Source: Thermoplasmatota archaeon
Lineage (GTDB): Archaea; Thermoplasmatota; Thermoplasmata; UBA10834
Direction: 5' to 3'
DNA: 64,000 bases
Assembly: GCA_040751795.1 (NCBI GenBank)
Contig: JBFMHR010000002.1
Location: forward strand, 320,001-384,000
In this document: positions 54,811-64,000 of the stretch, in pieces
How the letters are laid out: the number at the start of each line of letters is the position of its first letter
How positions within the stretch are numbered: position 1 is the first letter of the stretch
Made by a program: the position numbers and the translations under genes
The notes under the pieces: generated by a model
The model's input: only the letters and a program-made list of their open reading frames with translations
What the model was told of the DNA's origin: nothing
The model's database searches: none

Positions 54811-55476
54811 GTGAGGCTGGAGGCCTGGCTCCCCGTGTACAGGGAGATCTGCAGGGAGTTCGGGTACGACGAGGAGGACGACTCGCGCAGCGCCGGGGCG
54901 CTCGCGGCCCTGCTCTCCTCCCGGCCCGTCCCGAAGCTGGAGGAGCTCGCCGCCGCCTGTCCTGCGACCGTCACAGTCTGCGGCGACGGCCCCCTGCTCG
55001 CGGAGGAGATCTCCGCCGCGCCCCCGTCGGGGTACGTGGTCGCCGCGGACGGCGCCACCGAGGCGCTGATGGAGGCGGGGCTGAGGCCGGACGCGGTCGT
55101 GACGGACCTGGACGGGGACATCCAGGCGCAGGTCAAGGCCAGCGCGAAGGGCTCGCTGACGTTCGTCCACGCCCACGGCGACAACGAGGACGTCGTGAAG
55201 GCGGTCGTGCCGCGCCTGAAGGGCCCCGTTGTCGGGACCTGCCAGGGGCCTCCGTCCGGGGGCCTCCTGAACCTGGGAGGCTTCACGGACGGCGACAGGG
55301 CGGCGTGCATATTCTCCGGGCTGGGCGCGAGGACCGTGGTGCTCGTCGGCTTCGACTTCGAGAGGCCCTCGGAGAAGGCGTCGAGGGCCCCGGAGGTCAA
55401 GAGGAGGAAGCTCGCCTGGGCGAGACGCATACTCGAGTCGCTTGAGGCCGACGGGGTGCGCATCGAGGGGCTGTGA
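54811..55476 (+). CDS. mptE: 6-hydroxymethyl-7,8-dihydropterin pyrophosphokinase-like (DUF115)
   Basis: AADGA, VVTDLDG, HAHGDN, GGFTDGDRA. Confidence 0.85.
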   Translation: MRLEAWLPVYREICREFGYDEEDDSRSAGALAALLSSRPVPKLEELAAACPATVTVCGDGPLLAEEISAAPPSGYVVAADGATEALMEAGLRPDAVVTDLDGDIQAQVKASAKGSLTFVHAHGDNEDVVKAVVPRLKGPVVGTCQGPPSGGLLNLGGFTDGDRAACIFSGLGARTVVLVGFDFERPSEKASRAPEVKRRKLAWARRILESLEADGVRIEGL

Positions 55477-55543
55477 GCGCCAGGTCGCTGGCGGGTTCGA
55501 CACCTTTTTAGCACCGTACTGAGTTGACGTCGCAGGGACTGGG

Positions 55544-55975
55544 ATGACTGTTGTCACCATGCAACAGGTAGAACTGGCGCTCAAGAGGACCCTCGGCAAG
55601 AAGGGCATGTCCGACGAGGAGGTCAAGCGCATGGCCGAGTATCTCATGAGCTTCTTCGGCTACACGGACGAGGTCATAGACAACAGGCTCACCCCGGAGG
55701 ACAGGGACGTATTCTACATGCTGGAGGAGGAGGGACTCCTCACCACGACCCAGGAGGAGGTCCTCCTGAAGAAGGGGAAGCTCTGGAGGATACACTACTG
55801 GATCCTGAAGAAGGACCAGATCATACGCCTCGCCTCCTCCGACGAGGGGGGCAAGGACAAGGAGGCGGCGACCGAGGACGTCTACGACCAGCTGTCGGAC
55901 GAGGAGTGGGCCCGGCACAGGCCACCCGTGTCCGGCGCGCCCGAGGACCGGCCGCCCAAGGATGAAACGACTTAA
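55544..55975 (+). CDS. Conserved Thermoplasmata protein (DUF6015-like)
   Basis: FFGYTDEVIDNRL..DRDVFYMLEEEGLL..GKLWRIHYW. Confidence 0.7.
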   Translation: MTVVTMQQVELALKRTLGKKGMSDEEVKRMAEYLMSFFGYTDEVIDNRLTPEDRDVFYMLEEEGLLTTTQEEVLLKKGKLWRIHYWILKKDQIIRLASSDEGGKDKEAATEDVYDQLSDEEWARHRPPVSGAPEDRPPKDETT

Positions 55976-56013
55976 TACCGGTAGCCGCATGGCCTCAGGG
56001 CTGGTCTGCTCAG

Positions 56014-57621
56014 ATGAACGGGTACCTCATCGCGCTCATCGTACTCTCCGCCTGGATCGCCGCGGTGTACTACCTCAACCGGTCCAAGTGGTTCGAGAGG
56101 CGCGGCATGAGCCTCATGGGCCCGATGGTGATGTGGAAGACCAGGAAGGGCCGGGACTTCATAGACAGGGTCGCCACCAAGAAGCGGCTCTGGGCGTTCT
56201 ACGGGCGCCTCTCGCTCTGGGTGTGCGCGGGCGCCATGGTCACGATCATGGTCCTGTTGCTCTGGGAGGCCACCATAGTCTCTCAGGTCGAGGAGGCCCC
56301 GTCGCCGGAGCTGATCCTGGGGATACCGGGCATCAACCCCGTCATACCCCTGTGGTACGGCATACTCGGCCTCGTGGTGGCGATAGTCGTGCACGAGATG
56401 TCGCACGGCATACTCACCCGGCTGGGGGAGATGAAGATCGTGTCCCTCGGCGTGCTCTTCTTCGTGTTCCCCGTCGGGGCGTTCGTCGAGCCAGACGAGG
56501 GGCAGCTCCAGGCGGCCCCGAGGGGCAAGAGGGCGAAGGTCTTCGCCGCGGGCCCCGCCAGCAACCTCATACTCGCCGTCGTGGTGCTCGGGCTCTTCTC
56601 GGGCGTCATGATGGCGTCCGTCCAGCCGGCCCACGAGGGCGCCCTGGCCACCGGGGTGGTCGAGGGGTCGCCGGCCTACTACGCCGACATCCCCCAGACG
56701 AGCGTGCTCGTCTCCGTGGGCGGCTTCAGCGTCGCGTCGCCCGACGACGTCGATGCATTGTCGGGTATAGACCCCGGGACCGACGTCACGGTCGAGTACT
56801 ACTTCGCGGGGGAGCTGGAGTCGGCGGACGACGTGGCCTACGGGATGGTCGTCTCCTACGCGGTCGAGGGCTACTCGGCCCACGACGGCGGCCTCTTGGC
56901 AGGCATGGTCCTCGCGAGCCTCAACGGGACATCCGTGCGGAACATGGACGACCTGCGCGACGCGATGGAGCTGACCAGCGCGGGGCAGGCCGTCGACGTC
57001 TCGGTGCTCTCGTACAACTCCACATCGGGCGCCTTCGAGCCGGACCCCGACATCCTCTCGCTCACCCTCTCCGACAAGCACGACTTCTACGCCGAGTACT
57101 ATCCAGACGAGAACGAGGACGCCTTCATCGGAGACGGCTACCTGGGGGCGGGCTTCCTCCCGCTGGGCCTGAACCTGCGGGACGCCGACCACTACTCGTC
57201 GCTCCTCGCGCACCCGTTCGAGGGCGACAACGACATAGGCGACTTCTCGACCTCATGGCTGAGGCTCATCGCCCTCCCGTTCCTGGACCTGGCGCCCCTG
57301 AGGTCCCCGGTCACGGACCTCTACGAGCCCTCGGGGAGCATGGCCTGGATGCCGGACAGCGCGTTCTGGATACTCACCAACTCCCTCTACTGGATCTTCT
57401 GGCTCAACCTGATGATCGGCCTGACCAACGTCCTGCCCGCGGTGCCCCTGGACGGCGGGTACCTCTTCAGGGACGCGTTCGACTACCTCGTGAGCAGGGT
57501 CCGCCCCGGCCACACCAAGGAGCAGCGCGAGAAGGTCGTGGGATCGATAACCCTGGCGTTCGCCCTGATGGTCCTGTTCCTGATAGTCTGGCAGCTCGTC
57601 GGGCCCGCCATCCTGAACTAG
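56014..57621 (+). CDS. Site-2 (M50) intramembrane metalloprotease with two PDZ-like inserts
   Basis: HEMSH, GAFVEPD, AGPASN, NVLPAVPLDGG. Confidence 0.93.
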   Translation: MNGYLIALIVLSAWIAAVYYLNRSKWFERRGMSLMGPMVMWKTRKGRDFIDRVATKKRLWAFYGRLSLWVCAGAMVTIMVLLLWEATIVSQVEEAPSPELILGIPGINPVIPLWYGILGLVVAIVVHEMSHGILTRLGEMKIVSLGVLFFVFPVGAFVEPDEGQLQAAPRGKRAKVFAAGPASNLILAVVVLGLFSGVMMASVQPAHEGALATGVVEGSPAYYADIPQTSVLVSVGGFSVASPDDVDALSGIDPGTDVTVEYYFAGELESADDVAYGMVVSYAVEGYSAHDGGLLAGMVLASLNGTSVRNMDDLRDAMELTSAGQAVDVSVLSYNSTSGAFEPDPDILSLTLSDKHDFYAEYYPDENEDAFIGDGYLGAGFLPLGLNLRDADHYSSLLAHPFEGDNDIGDFSTSWLRLIALPFLDLAPLRSPVTDLYEPSGSMAWMPDSAFWILTNSLYWIFWLNLMIGLTNVLPAVPLDGGYLFRDAFDYLVSRVRPGHTKEQREKVVGSITLAFALMVLFLIVWQLVGPAILN

Positions 57622-57663
57622 GCAAAGGGTTTTATTACCCAATCTGTTACCAACTCCGGTAGC

Positions 57664-58239
57664 ATGTTCTCGCCGGAGAAGGACCTCAGGGACCTCGTCA
57701 TCGAGGTCCTCAAGAAGGACCCAGCATCCATAAGCGGCATAGGCAGGGAGCTGGCCTCGAAAGGGGTCAAGATGCACCGGCTCGAGCTCACGGGGTACCT
57801 CAAGGCCCTCGCGGACATGGACATCCTCAAGGAGAAGGACATCAAGCCGGCGAAGGTGTTCTCCATCTCGGGCGGCAGGGACAGGGGCCTGCACGAGATG
57901 GTCGGGGACTGCGTCAACGCCATGCCCGGCACCTCCACCGAGCGCGCCACAATCGCGGCCTACTGCCTGCAGCGGCTCTTCAAGCGGGCCGTGTTCGACA
58001 TGGAGGTCAGGCGGTGCGGAGTCGACGGCATCGTGGACGGCAGGAGGGCGACGCCCGAGGAGAGGGCGGAGGCCAAGACCACTCTCACCAGGATGGGCTA
58101 CAAGGTGCCGAACAGCGACGTCCCGACCGTCGTCGAGGCGGACCTGGAGCCACTTTTCGTCCGGGTCCTCGCCGACATTGTCATAGAGCGCTTCGGGATG
58201 CGCTCCCACTCCAAGGAGACCGTCCAGACCCGGCTCTGA
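57664..58239 (+). CDS. Hypothetical winged-helix protein
   Basis: SISGIGREL..HRLELTGYLKALAD..KVFS pattern resembles a wHTH. Confidence 0.65.
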   Translation: MFSPEKDLRDLVIEVLKKDPASISGIGRELASKGVKMHRLELTGYLKALADMDILKEKDIKPAKVFSISGGRDRGLHEMVGDCVNAMPGTSTERATIAAYCLQRLFKRAVFDMEVRRCGVDGIVDGRRATPEERAEAKTTLTRMGYKVPNSDVPTVVEADLEPLFVRVLADIVIERFGMRSHSKETVQTRL

Positions 58240-58279
58240 GACACTCAGTTTATCTACACGCGGCGGCGTTAGCCCCATC

Positions 58280-59251
58280 GTGGAACTGGCAGGGATCATA
58301 GAGAGGGTCCGCACGTACCGCGGGGTCGCCAGGAAGGCCCCCATCGAGTCCGTCGCGCGGAGCCTGCTGCCGTCCGCCTCGAAGGGCATCATCGCGGCAC
58401 ACGGGGAGGACGCGGCGGCCATCAGGAGCGGGAAGGATGTCCTCCTCCTGGCAGCGGACGGCATCATCCAGGACCTCGTCGACCGGGACCCGGAGTGGGC
58501 CGGCTACTGCTCCATGCTCGTCAACGCCAACGACATCGCGGCCATGGGCGGCGTCCCGGTCGCGGCGGTCGACATCCTGTCGTGCGGGGACCCGCGGATC
58601 CGCTCGCTCATAGTCAAGGGCATGAAGGCTGCGTCCGTCAAGTTCGGGGTCCCCATCGTCGGCGGGCACCTCCACCCGGACACCTCGTACGCCGCTGTGG
58701 ACGTGGCCATCCTCGGCAGGACGACGCCGTCGAGGCTCGTGCTGAGCAGCGGCGCGCGGGCGGGGGACGCCGTCGTCTTCGCGATGGACCTGGACGGACG
58801 GTTCACGCCAGGGGTATCATACTCCTGGGACACGACGAGCCGGAAGGGCCCGGGCGAGGTCCAGCACCGGCTGAGGTCCATGAACAGGGTCGCGCCCATG
58901 CTCACGGCGGGCAAGGACATCAGCAACCCGGGGAGCCTCGGGACCCTCGGGATGCTCCTCGAGGCCAGCGGGAGGGGGGCGACCGTGGACGTGGGGCTCA
59001 TCCCCAGGCCGCGGGGGCAGGACATGATCCAGTGGCTCCTCGCCTACCAGGGGTGCGGGTTCGTGGTGACCTGCCCGCCCGGGCGGTCTGGCGACGTGTG
59101 CAGGTCGTTCAAGTCCTCGGGCCTCACGGCGGCCGAGTGCGGCAGGGTGGCGAAGGGCCACCGCCTCGGGCTGAGGATGGGCGGAGACTCCGGGACGCTC
59201 TTCGACTTCAGGCATGACTCGCTCGGGTGCCGCCCCCCAAAAAGGATATGA
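58280..59251 (+). CDS. AIR synthase-related (PurM-like fold) protein, methanogenesis marker 2 / sll0787-like
   Basis: GEDAAAI, LVNANDIAAMGG, VGGHLHP, KDISNPG. Confidence 0.82.
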   Translation: MELAGIIERVRTYRGVARKAPIESVARSLLPSASKGIIAAHGEDAAAIRSGKDVLLLAADGIIQDLVDRDPEWAGYCSMLVNANDIAAMGGVPVAAVDILSCGDPRIRSLIVKGMKAASVKFGVPIVGGHLHPDTSYAAVDVAILGRTTPSRLVLSSGARAGDAVVFAMDLDGRFTPGVSYSWDTTSRKGPGEVQHRLRSMNRVAPMLTAGKDISNPGSLGTLGMLLEASGRGATVDVGLIPRPRGQDMIQWLLAYQGCGFVVTCPPGRSGDVCRSFKSSGLTAAECGRVAKGHRLGLRMGGDSGTLFDFRHDSLGCRPPKRI

Positions 59252-59439
59252 ACTGGCACAGCCTCATGATTGGTACAAGAGAGCGAGAAACACGGCAAAA
59301 CAGCGGTTAGCAACCAATCCGAGAGGGCGCCTAACAGCTCGGGTAGGTTGAGCTAGTAAAAGGGTGCTGTCACGCTGCGGCGCCCACCGTGCTCGACTCT
59401 CTCGTTTTTCCCCATCCATGCGATGTGATGGAGATGGAG

Positions 59440-59750
59440 TGCTAGGCCACTGGGGTTGCCGGCCTCCCCTGTGCCAGCTGCCCATCGACCTCCTCGACCC
59501 CGCTTCCCGGTGAGCGGTGATAGTCCGCGGTGAGGCTGCTCCCGTCAGGGCCTGACCCGATCCCCGCGACAAGGGCCGCCGCCCCCGCCCTCCGGCGTGG
59601 GCGGACGGCCGCCCTCAACCCCATCGGACAGGGTCTCACTGTCGGTCGTTGGACTGGCACCGGTTCGGTTGCGACGTCCCCAGCTGTCACCCCCACTGTC
59701 GACGATTTTGGTGTACAAGGACACGCCGAACGTCCCGGTCAAGCCTAGCG
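59440..59750 (-). ncRNA. ffs: Archaeal SRP RNA (7S)
   Basis: On the minus strand: helix 1 GCTAGGC/GCCTAGC, Alu-like TGTA, helix 6 with GGAG loop, helix 8 GTCAGGCCC-TGAC-GGGAGCAGC, ~310 nt, TTTAAT box ~25 nt upstream. Confidence 0.93.
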
Positions 59751-59989
59751 AGGCTCGAATACATGCTGCCTCTATTAAATAGGTTCGTGCTGGTTCCTCT
59801 CGTTCAGCGCTCGTTCGCAGCCCGCGTCTCTCAATCGATTATCGACAGGGCCTTACGATTATCACTCCTGGCAGAATCCCTCCTTCAGCATCGTTTTTAT
59901 AGCATGATGCACAATTCCCGGCGGACGCGCGTCCAGGCGGGGATTGCCTGGGTGCGCCTTGCAGCCGGGGGATAGAGGAGATTGACCTG

Positions 59990-62641
59990 ATGAGGAATCA
60001 GACGAGTTCTCGAGTAGCTACAGCAATGTGTGCACTGGCCGTCCTGGCGATGGTTCTTGCGGTCCCAGGCGTTACGAACGAATCAGAGGCAGCCGCCGAG
60101 TACTACATAATGAACGTGGGGGTCACCCAGACGCCCGACACGCTCAACGTGTACAAGATGACTCTGGCCATAGGATGGACGATTAACTTCCTCCTGTACG
60201 ACACCCTGAACTCGATCGACGAGCAGCTGGCCCCTGGCCCGCAGCTTGCCGATTCCTGGGAGACCGACGAGAGCGGCCTGGTGTGGACGTTCCACATCAA
60301 CCAGAACGCCTACTGGCACGACGGCGAGCAGGTCACCGCCGAGGACGTCGCGTTCTCCTACAACCTCATACTCGAGAACCCCACCGCGTGCGCGCTGTGG
60401 ATAGACTACCTCACAGGCGTCGTGTACCCCGTGGAGGTCGTGGACACCTACACCGTCAATATCACGACCACGGCCCCCAAGGCCACGATGCTGTCGGCCC
60501 TGATACCCATCGTCCCGGAGCACCTATGGAGCGAAGTGGACACGAACATGATCAACAAGGTGGATCCCTGGGACACGACTTACTTCCCGGACGGCCCCGT
60601 CGGCTCGGGGCCGCTGATCCTGGACGAGTACGACGCTACGCTCGGATGGATCAGGATGCTGAAGAACCCTGACTACTACATCGACACCGTCAAGGTCGAC
60701 GAGGTCCTGTTCATCATATACGACACCCCCGAGGCGATGACCACCGCCCTCCAGTCCGGCGCGATCGACGTGGCGATGGACGTCCCCGCCAAGGTCTGGG
60801 ACGAGGTCCTGGCTTACGACGGCATCGACGGACAGGCCGGCAAGGCCCTCTCGATATTCGAGCTGGGGATCAACTGCGCCTCGGAGGAGCTGCGCGAGTC
60901 CTTCCCGAAGGCGAGCGAGAACCTCGAGACCACCAACCTCTCGGTCCGGAGGGCGATCGCCATGGCGACGGAGAAGGACTACATCGTCGACGACGTGATG
61001 GAGGGGCTCGCCGACGTGGGCACGTCCATCATCCCGAGCGCGACCGCATACTGGCACTGGAACGTCTCCGAGGAACAGAGATGGGACTACGACCTCCAGG
61101 CCGCCAACGACACCCTCGACGCGGCCGGATACCTGGACTCGGACGGGGACGGCATCAGGGAGAACGGGACGTCCGGTGTGGAGCTGATATTCTCGTTCTA
61201 CTACAGGACCACCAGCCCTGACGACCGTGAGGCCGCGATGAGGATCAGCGCCGCGCTCAACCAGGTCGGGATATACACCGAACCTGACGGCGTCTCCGAG
61301 GGCGTGATGTACAACCTATGGCTCGGCTGCGAGATGGACCTCTTCATATGGGCGTGGGACACGGACGTGGACCCCAACTTCATGCTGTCCACGCAGACCA
61401 CCGGCCAGATTCCGCTGGACCCGCAGGACTGGACCAAGTGGTCCGATTCGTTCTGGTCCAACGAGACGTACGACGCGATGTACCTGGAGCAGCAGTTCAC
61501 CGTGGACCTCGAGGAGCGCCAGGCGATAGTCCACGCCATGCAGGAGCTGCTGTACGACCAGTGCCCGTACGTGGTGCTCTACTACCCGTACGGCCTGTAC
61601 GCCTACACGACGGAGAAGTTCACCAACTACCCTGACTGGGTAGAGAACCCCGGCATGACTCCGGGGACGATGTGGTTCTTCTTCGAGGTCACCCCGGCGG
61701 CTGAGTGGGTCGACCCGATGCCGCCCGAGGACGTCTACGCCGGCCTGGACCAGTCATGCATCGTCGGCGAGACCCTGTGGTTCACTGGCAGCGCGACGGA
61801 CCCGAACGACCCTGTGGAGACCCTGAACTGGACGTGGACATTCATGGAGCCTGACACCACCGAGAACACCCGATGGGGCCAGTCGGTCAGCTACCAGTTC
61901 GACCAGGTCGGGGATGTCGGAGTGATGCTCGTAGTGACGGACCCGGGAGGCGAGATGGGGGTTGACGACCTCGTCGTCAGCGTCTCCGAGCTAAGCGAGG
62001 ACATGGGCGTCCTCACCGGGCGCGTCGTGGACCAGGACTCCGAGCCGATACTCGGTGCGACCGTAACGGCCGGCAACGCCACCAGGTCCACGGACTCCGA
62101 CGGGGCGTACTCGATGGCCGTCATCGCTGGCTCGTACACCGTCAATGCGACCAGGACCGGCTACCAGATGGACTCGGTCGAGGCCACCGTCGTCGCCGGG
62201 GAGACCACATGGGCCAACCTCACCCTGACGCTGACGTCCGGGACCCTTATCGTGAGTGTGCTGGACTCCGAGACTGGGGATCCAATCGCCTCGGCAGTGG
62301 TGAACGTGACCTACGGCTCTGCCTCCAAGGAGTTCCTGACGCAGACCACGGGGAACGCGACCTTCTACAGCGTCGACGCGGGGACCGTCGAGGTGAATGT
62401 GTCCAAGACGGGCTATGATGACAACTCCACAGAAGTCACCGTAGTGGCCGGCGAGACCACCGTCGTGGTCGTGGAGCTGACGCCCGAGCCTGAGGAGGAT
62501 GACTCGAACACCCTCCTGATCGCGGCGGCCGCCATAGGCATACTCGCCGTCATCGCGATGGCCGCGCTCCTGCTCATGAGGAAGCGCAAGGCCGGGTCGG
62601 GCGGCGAGGAGCCCCCGTCCCCGGACGCGCCGGCTCCGTAG
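59990..62641 (+). CDS. dppA: Peptide ABC substrate-binding protein, paralog of 17515-20154
   Basis: Same architecture, with shared YFPDGPVGSGP, ASENLET and WSD.F.SN. Confidence 0.9.
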   Translation: MRNQTSSRVATAMCALAVLAMVLAVPGVTNESEAAAEYYIMNVGVTQTPDTLNVYKMTLAIGWTINFLLYDTLNSIDEQLAPGPQLADSWETDESGLVWTFHINQNAYWHDGEQVTAEDVAFSYNLILENPTACALWIDYLTGVVYPVEVVDTYTVNITTTAPKATMLSALIPIVPEHLWSEVDTNMINKVDPWDTTYFPDGPVGSGPLILDEYDATLGWIRMLKNPDYYIDTVKVDEVLFIIYDTPEAMTTALQSGAIDVAMDVPAKVWDEVLAYDGIDGQAGKALSIFELGINCASEELRESFPKASENLETTNLSVRRAIAMATEKDYIVDDVMEGLADVGTSIIPSATAYWHWNVSEEQRWDYDLQAANDTLDAAGYLDSDGDGIRENGTSGVELIFSFYYRTTSPDDREAAMRISAALNQVGIYTEPDGVSEGVMYNLWLGCEMDLFIWAWDTDVDPNFMLSTQTTGQIPLDPQDWTKWSDSFWSNETYDAMYLEQQFTVDLEERQAIVHAMQELLYDQCPYVVLYYPYGLYAYTTEKFTNYPDWVENPGMTPGTMWFFFEVTPAAEWVDPMPPEDVYAGLDQSCIVGETLWFTGSATDPNDPVETLNWTWTFMEPDTTENTRWGQSVSYQFDQVGDVGVMLVVTDPGGEMGVDDLVVSVSELSEDMGVLTGRVVDQDSEPILGATVTAGNATRSTDSDGAYSMAVIAGSYTVNATRTGYQMDSVEATVVAGETTWANLTLTLTSGTLIVSVLDSETGDPIASAVVNVTYGSASKEFLTQTTGNATFYSVDAGTVEVNVSKTGYDDNSTEVTVVAGETTVVVVELTPEPEEDDSNTLLIAAAAIGILAVIAMAALLLMRKRKAGSGGEEPPSPDAPAP

Positions 62642-62789
62642 GGTGCACTCGGCACTGAAACCCCTTCACCCTAAACCTCTTCCACAGCCGATTTCGTCCG
62701 GAGGGGACACCGCTGGCCGAGGGCTGGCCGCGGGAGGAGCGCGCCGACCGCGCGCTCCGGAACGCGAGGGACTGTCAAAGGTGCGAACG

Positions 62790-63770
62790 ATGCGGAACAT
62801 GCGATGGCTGATCATCAGGAAGGCGGTCAATTCGTTCATCACCATCCTCCTGGTCGTCGTCATGAACTTCTTCCTGTTCAGGGTCATACCCGGGGACCCC
62901 CTCATGATCCTGAGGGGGAATACGAGGGTCTCCGATGAGTACAAGGAGGAGTTCATAAGGGAGTTCGGGCTCGACCAGCCGGTCTACGTCCAGTTCGTCA
63001 AGTACATCGAGAACGTCTTCACGCTCGACTTCGGGAATGCGATAACCCAGCCCCTCACCCCGGCGATGGATATCATCCTGGGCAACCTCCAGTGGACCCT
63101 GATCCTCGTCGGCACCTCCTCGGTATTCATGATCGCGATCGGGATGTACCTCGGGGTCATCTCGGCGTGGAAGAGGGGGAGCCTCTTCGACACCGGGACC
63201 ATGGCGTTCTCCCTGTTCTTCTACGCCATGCCGACCTTCTGGTTCGCCATGATGCTCATAATCATATTCTCCACGGGGCTCGGCTGGTTCCCCCCGGGCA
63301 AGGCGCTGGAGCCTGGCACCACGCTCGAGTGGACGGTTGAGTCCATCAAGGACATGCTCTGGCGCCTCGTGCTGCCAGCGATCAGCCTCACCATTGGCAG
63401 CATCGCCGCGTTCTCCGTCATAATGAGGGGGGCCCTGATGGACGTCATGACCGAGGAGTACATCACCACCGCGCGGGCGAAGGGCCTCAAGGAGGGCCAG
63501 GTGCTCAAAGGGCACGCCGTGCCGAACGCGATGCTCCCGATGGTCGCCCTGATAGCAATAGACCTCGCCTTCGTCGTCGGCGGGGCGTTCCAGACGGAGG
63601 TCGTGTTCGATTATCCAGGCATCGGGTGGCTCACGGTCATGGCGACCGAGCAGAAGGACTACCCGCTTCTGGAGGGCTGCTTCTTCCTCATAGCCCTGGT
63701 CGTGGTCATAGCGAACTTCTTCGCGGACATCCTCCTGATATACATGGACCCTCGGGTCAAGATGGGGTGA
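62790..63770 (+). CDS. dppB: Peptide ABC transporter permease (DppB)
   Basis: FRVIPGDP, FGLDQP, EYITTARAKGL, DPRVKMG. Confidence 0.92.
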   Translation: MRNMRWLIIRKAVNSFITILLVVVMNFFLFRVIPGDPLMILRGNTRVSDEYKEEFIREFGLDQPVYVQFVKYIENVFTLDFGNAITQPLTPAMDIILGNLQWTLILVGTSSVFMIAIGMYLGVISAWKRGSLFDTGTMAFSLFFYAMPTFWFAMMLIIIFSTGLGWFPPGKALEPGTTLEWTVESIKDMLWRLVLPAISLTIGSIAAFSVIMRGALMDVMTEEYITTARAKGLKEGQVLKGHAVPNAMLPMVALIAIDLAFVVGGAFQTEVVFDYPGIGWLTVMATEQKDYPLLEGCFFLIALVVVIANFFADILLIYMDPRVKMG

Positions 63771-63774
63771 CGAG

Positions 63775-64000
63775 ATGGCGAGGGTCGACGGCAAGGGGAT
63801 GTCAGGGGCGGCGGATGCGGCGAGGCAGTCTTCGAAGCTCGGCCGGATCGGGGAGTCCGTCGGCATGTCAGAGCCCACGCTGGAGAAGCTCCACCTGATG
63901 AAGAAGAAGTCCATCACGACATGGCGGATCTTCAGGAAGAACAGGCTCGGCATGGCGGGGCTCATCATACTCCTCGCCTTCGCGGTGATGGCCGTCTTCT
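63775..64000 (+). CDS. dppC: Peptide ABC transporter permease DppC (partial)
   Basis: WRIFRKNRLGMAGLIILLAFAVMAVF matches the N-terminal TM of the DppC at 15427-16422. Confidence 0.85.
   Translation, partial: MARVDGKGMSGAADAARQSSKLGRIGESVGMSEPTLEKLHLMKKKSITTWRIFRKNRLGMAGLIILLAFAVMAVF

Noticed and set aside
59252-59989. RNase P RNA or a novel RNA in the long intergenic region
   Set aside because: The region is explained by SRP RNA on the minus strand, and no RNase P P4 signature is present.
1-64000. Genome-wide amber (pyrrolysine) recoding
   Set aside because: TAG ends many genes at their expected C-termini, including rpl31e, aIF6, tag and dppC.

Overview
GC-rich archaeal chromosomal segment. 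The gene content (DnaG, thermosome, aCPSF1 next to psmB, RFC-L, Taw1, DUF835/DUF6015/DUF373 proteins, S19e-L39e-L31e-aIF6 operon) suggests Thermoplasmatota, probably a relative of Methanomassiliicoccales (inference). Most of the window is housekeeping: LeuRS, a four-subunit 2-oxoacid:ferredoxin oxidoreductase, two paralogous peptide ABC operons, a type IV pilus-like locus, tRNA-Ser(CGA), tRNA-Leu(TAG) and SRP RNA. No CRISPR array or transposase was seen. The best candidates for new biology are four. (1) An operon at 42.3-44.2 kb encodes a double ribbon-helix-helix regulator, an FtsZ that stops after its GTP-binding domain and a small ORF resembling a degenerate FtsZ C-terminal domain, i.e. a possible naturally split FtsZ, preceded by a GTCATA motif cluster. 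(2) An unrecognised ~118-nt structured RNA with its own promoter lies at 29743-29860. (3) A catalytic-domain-only tyrosine recombinase follows a 1.1-kb AT-richer non-coding region with repeated sites. (4) DUF835-based signalling proteins occur twice. All assignments come from reading motifs by eye; no searches were run.
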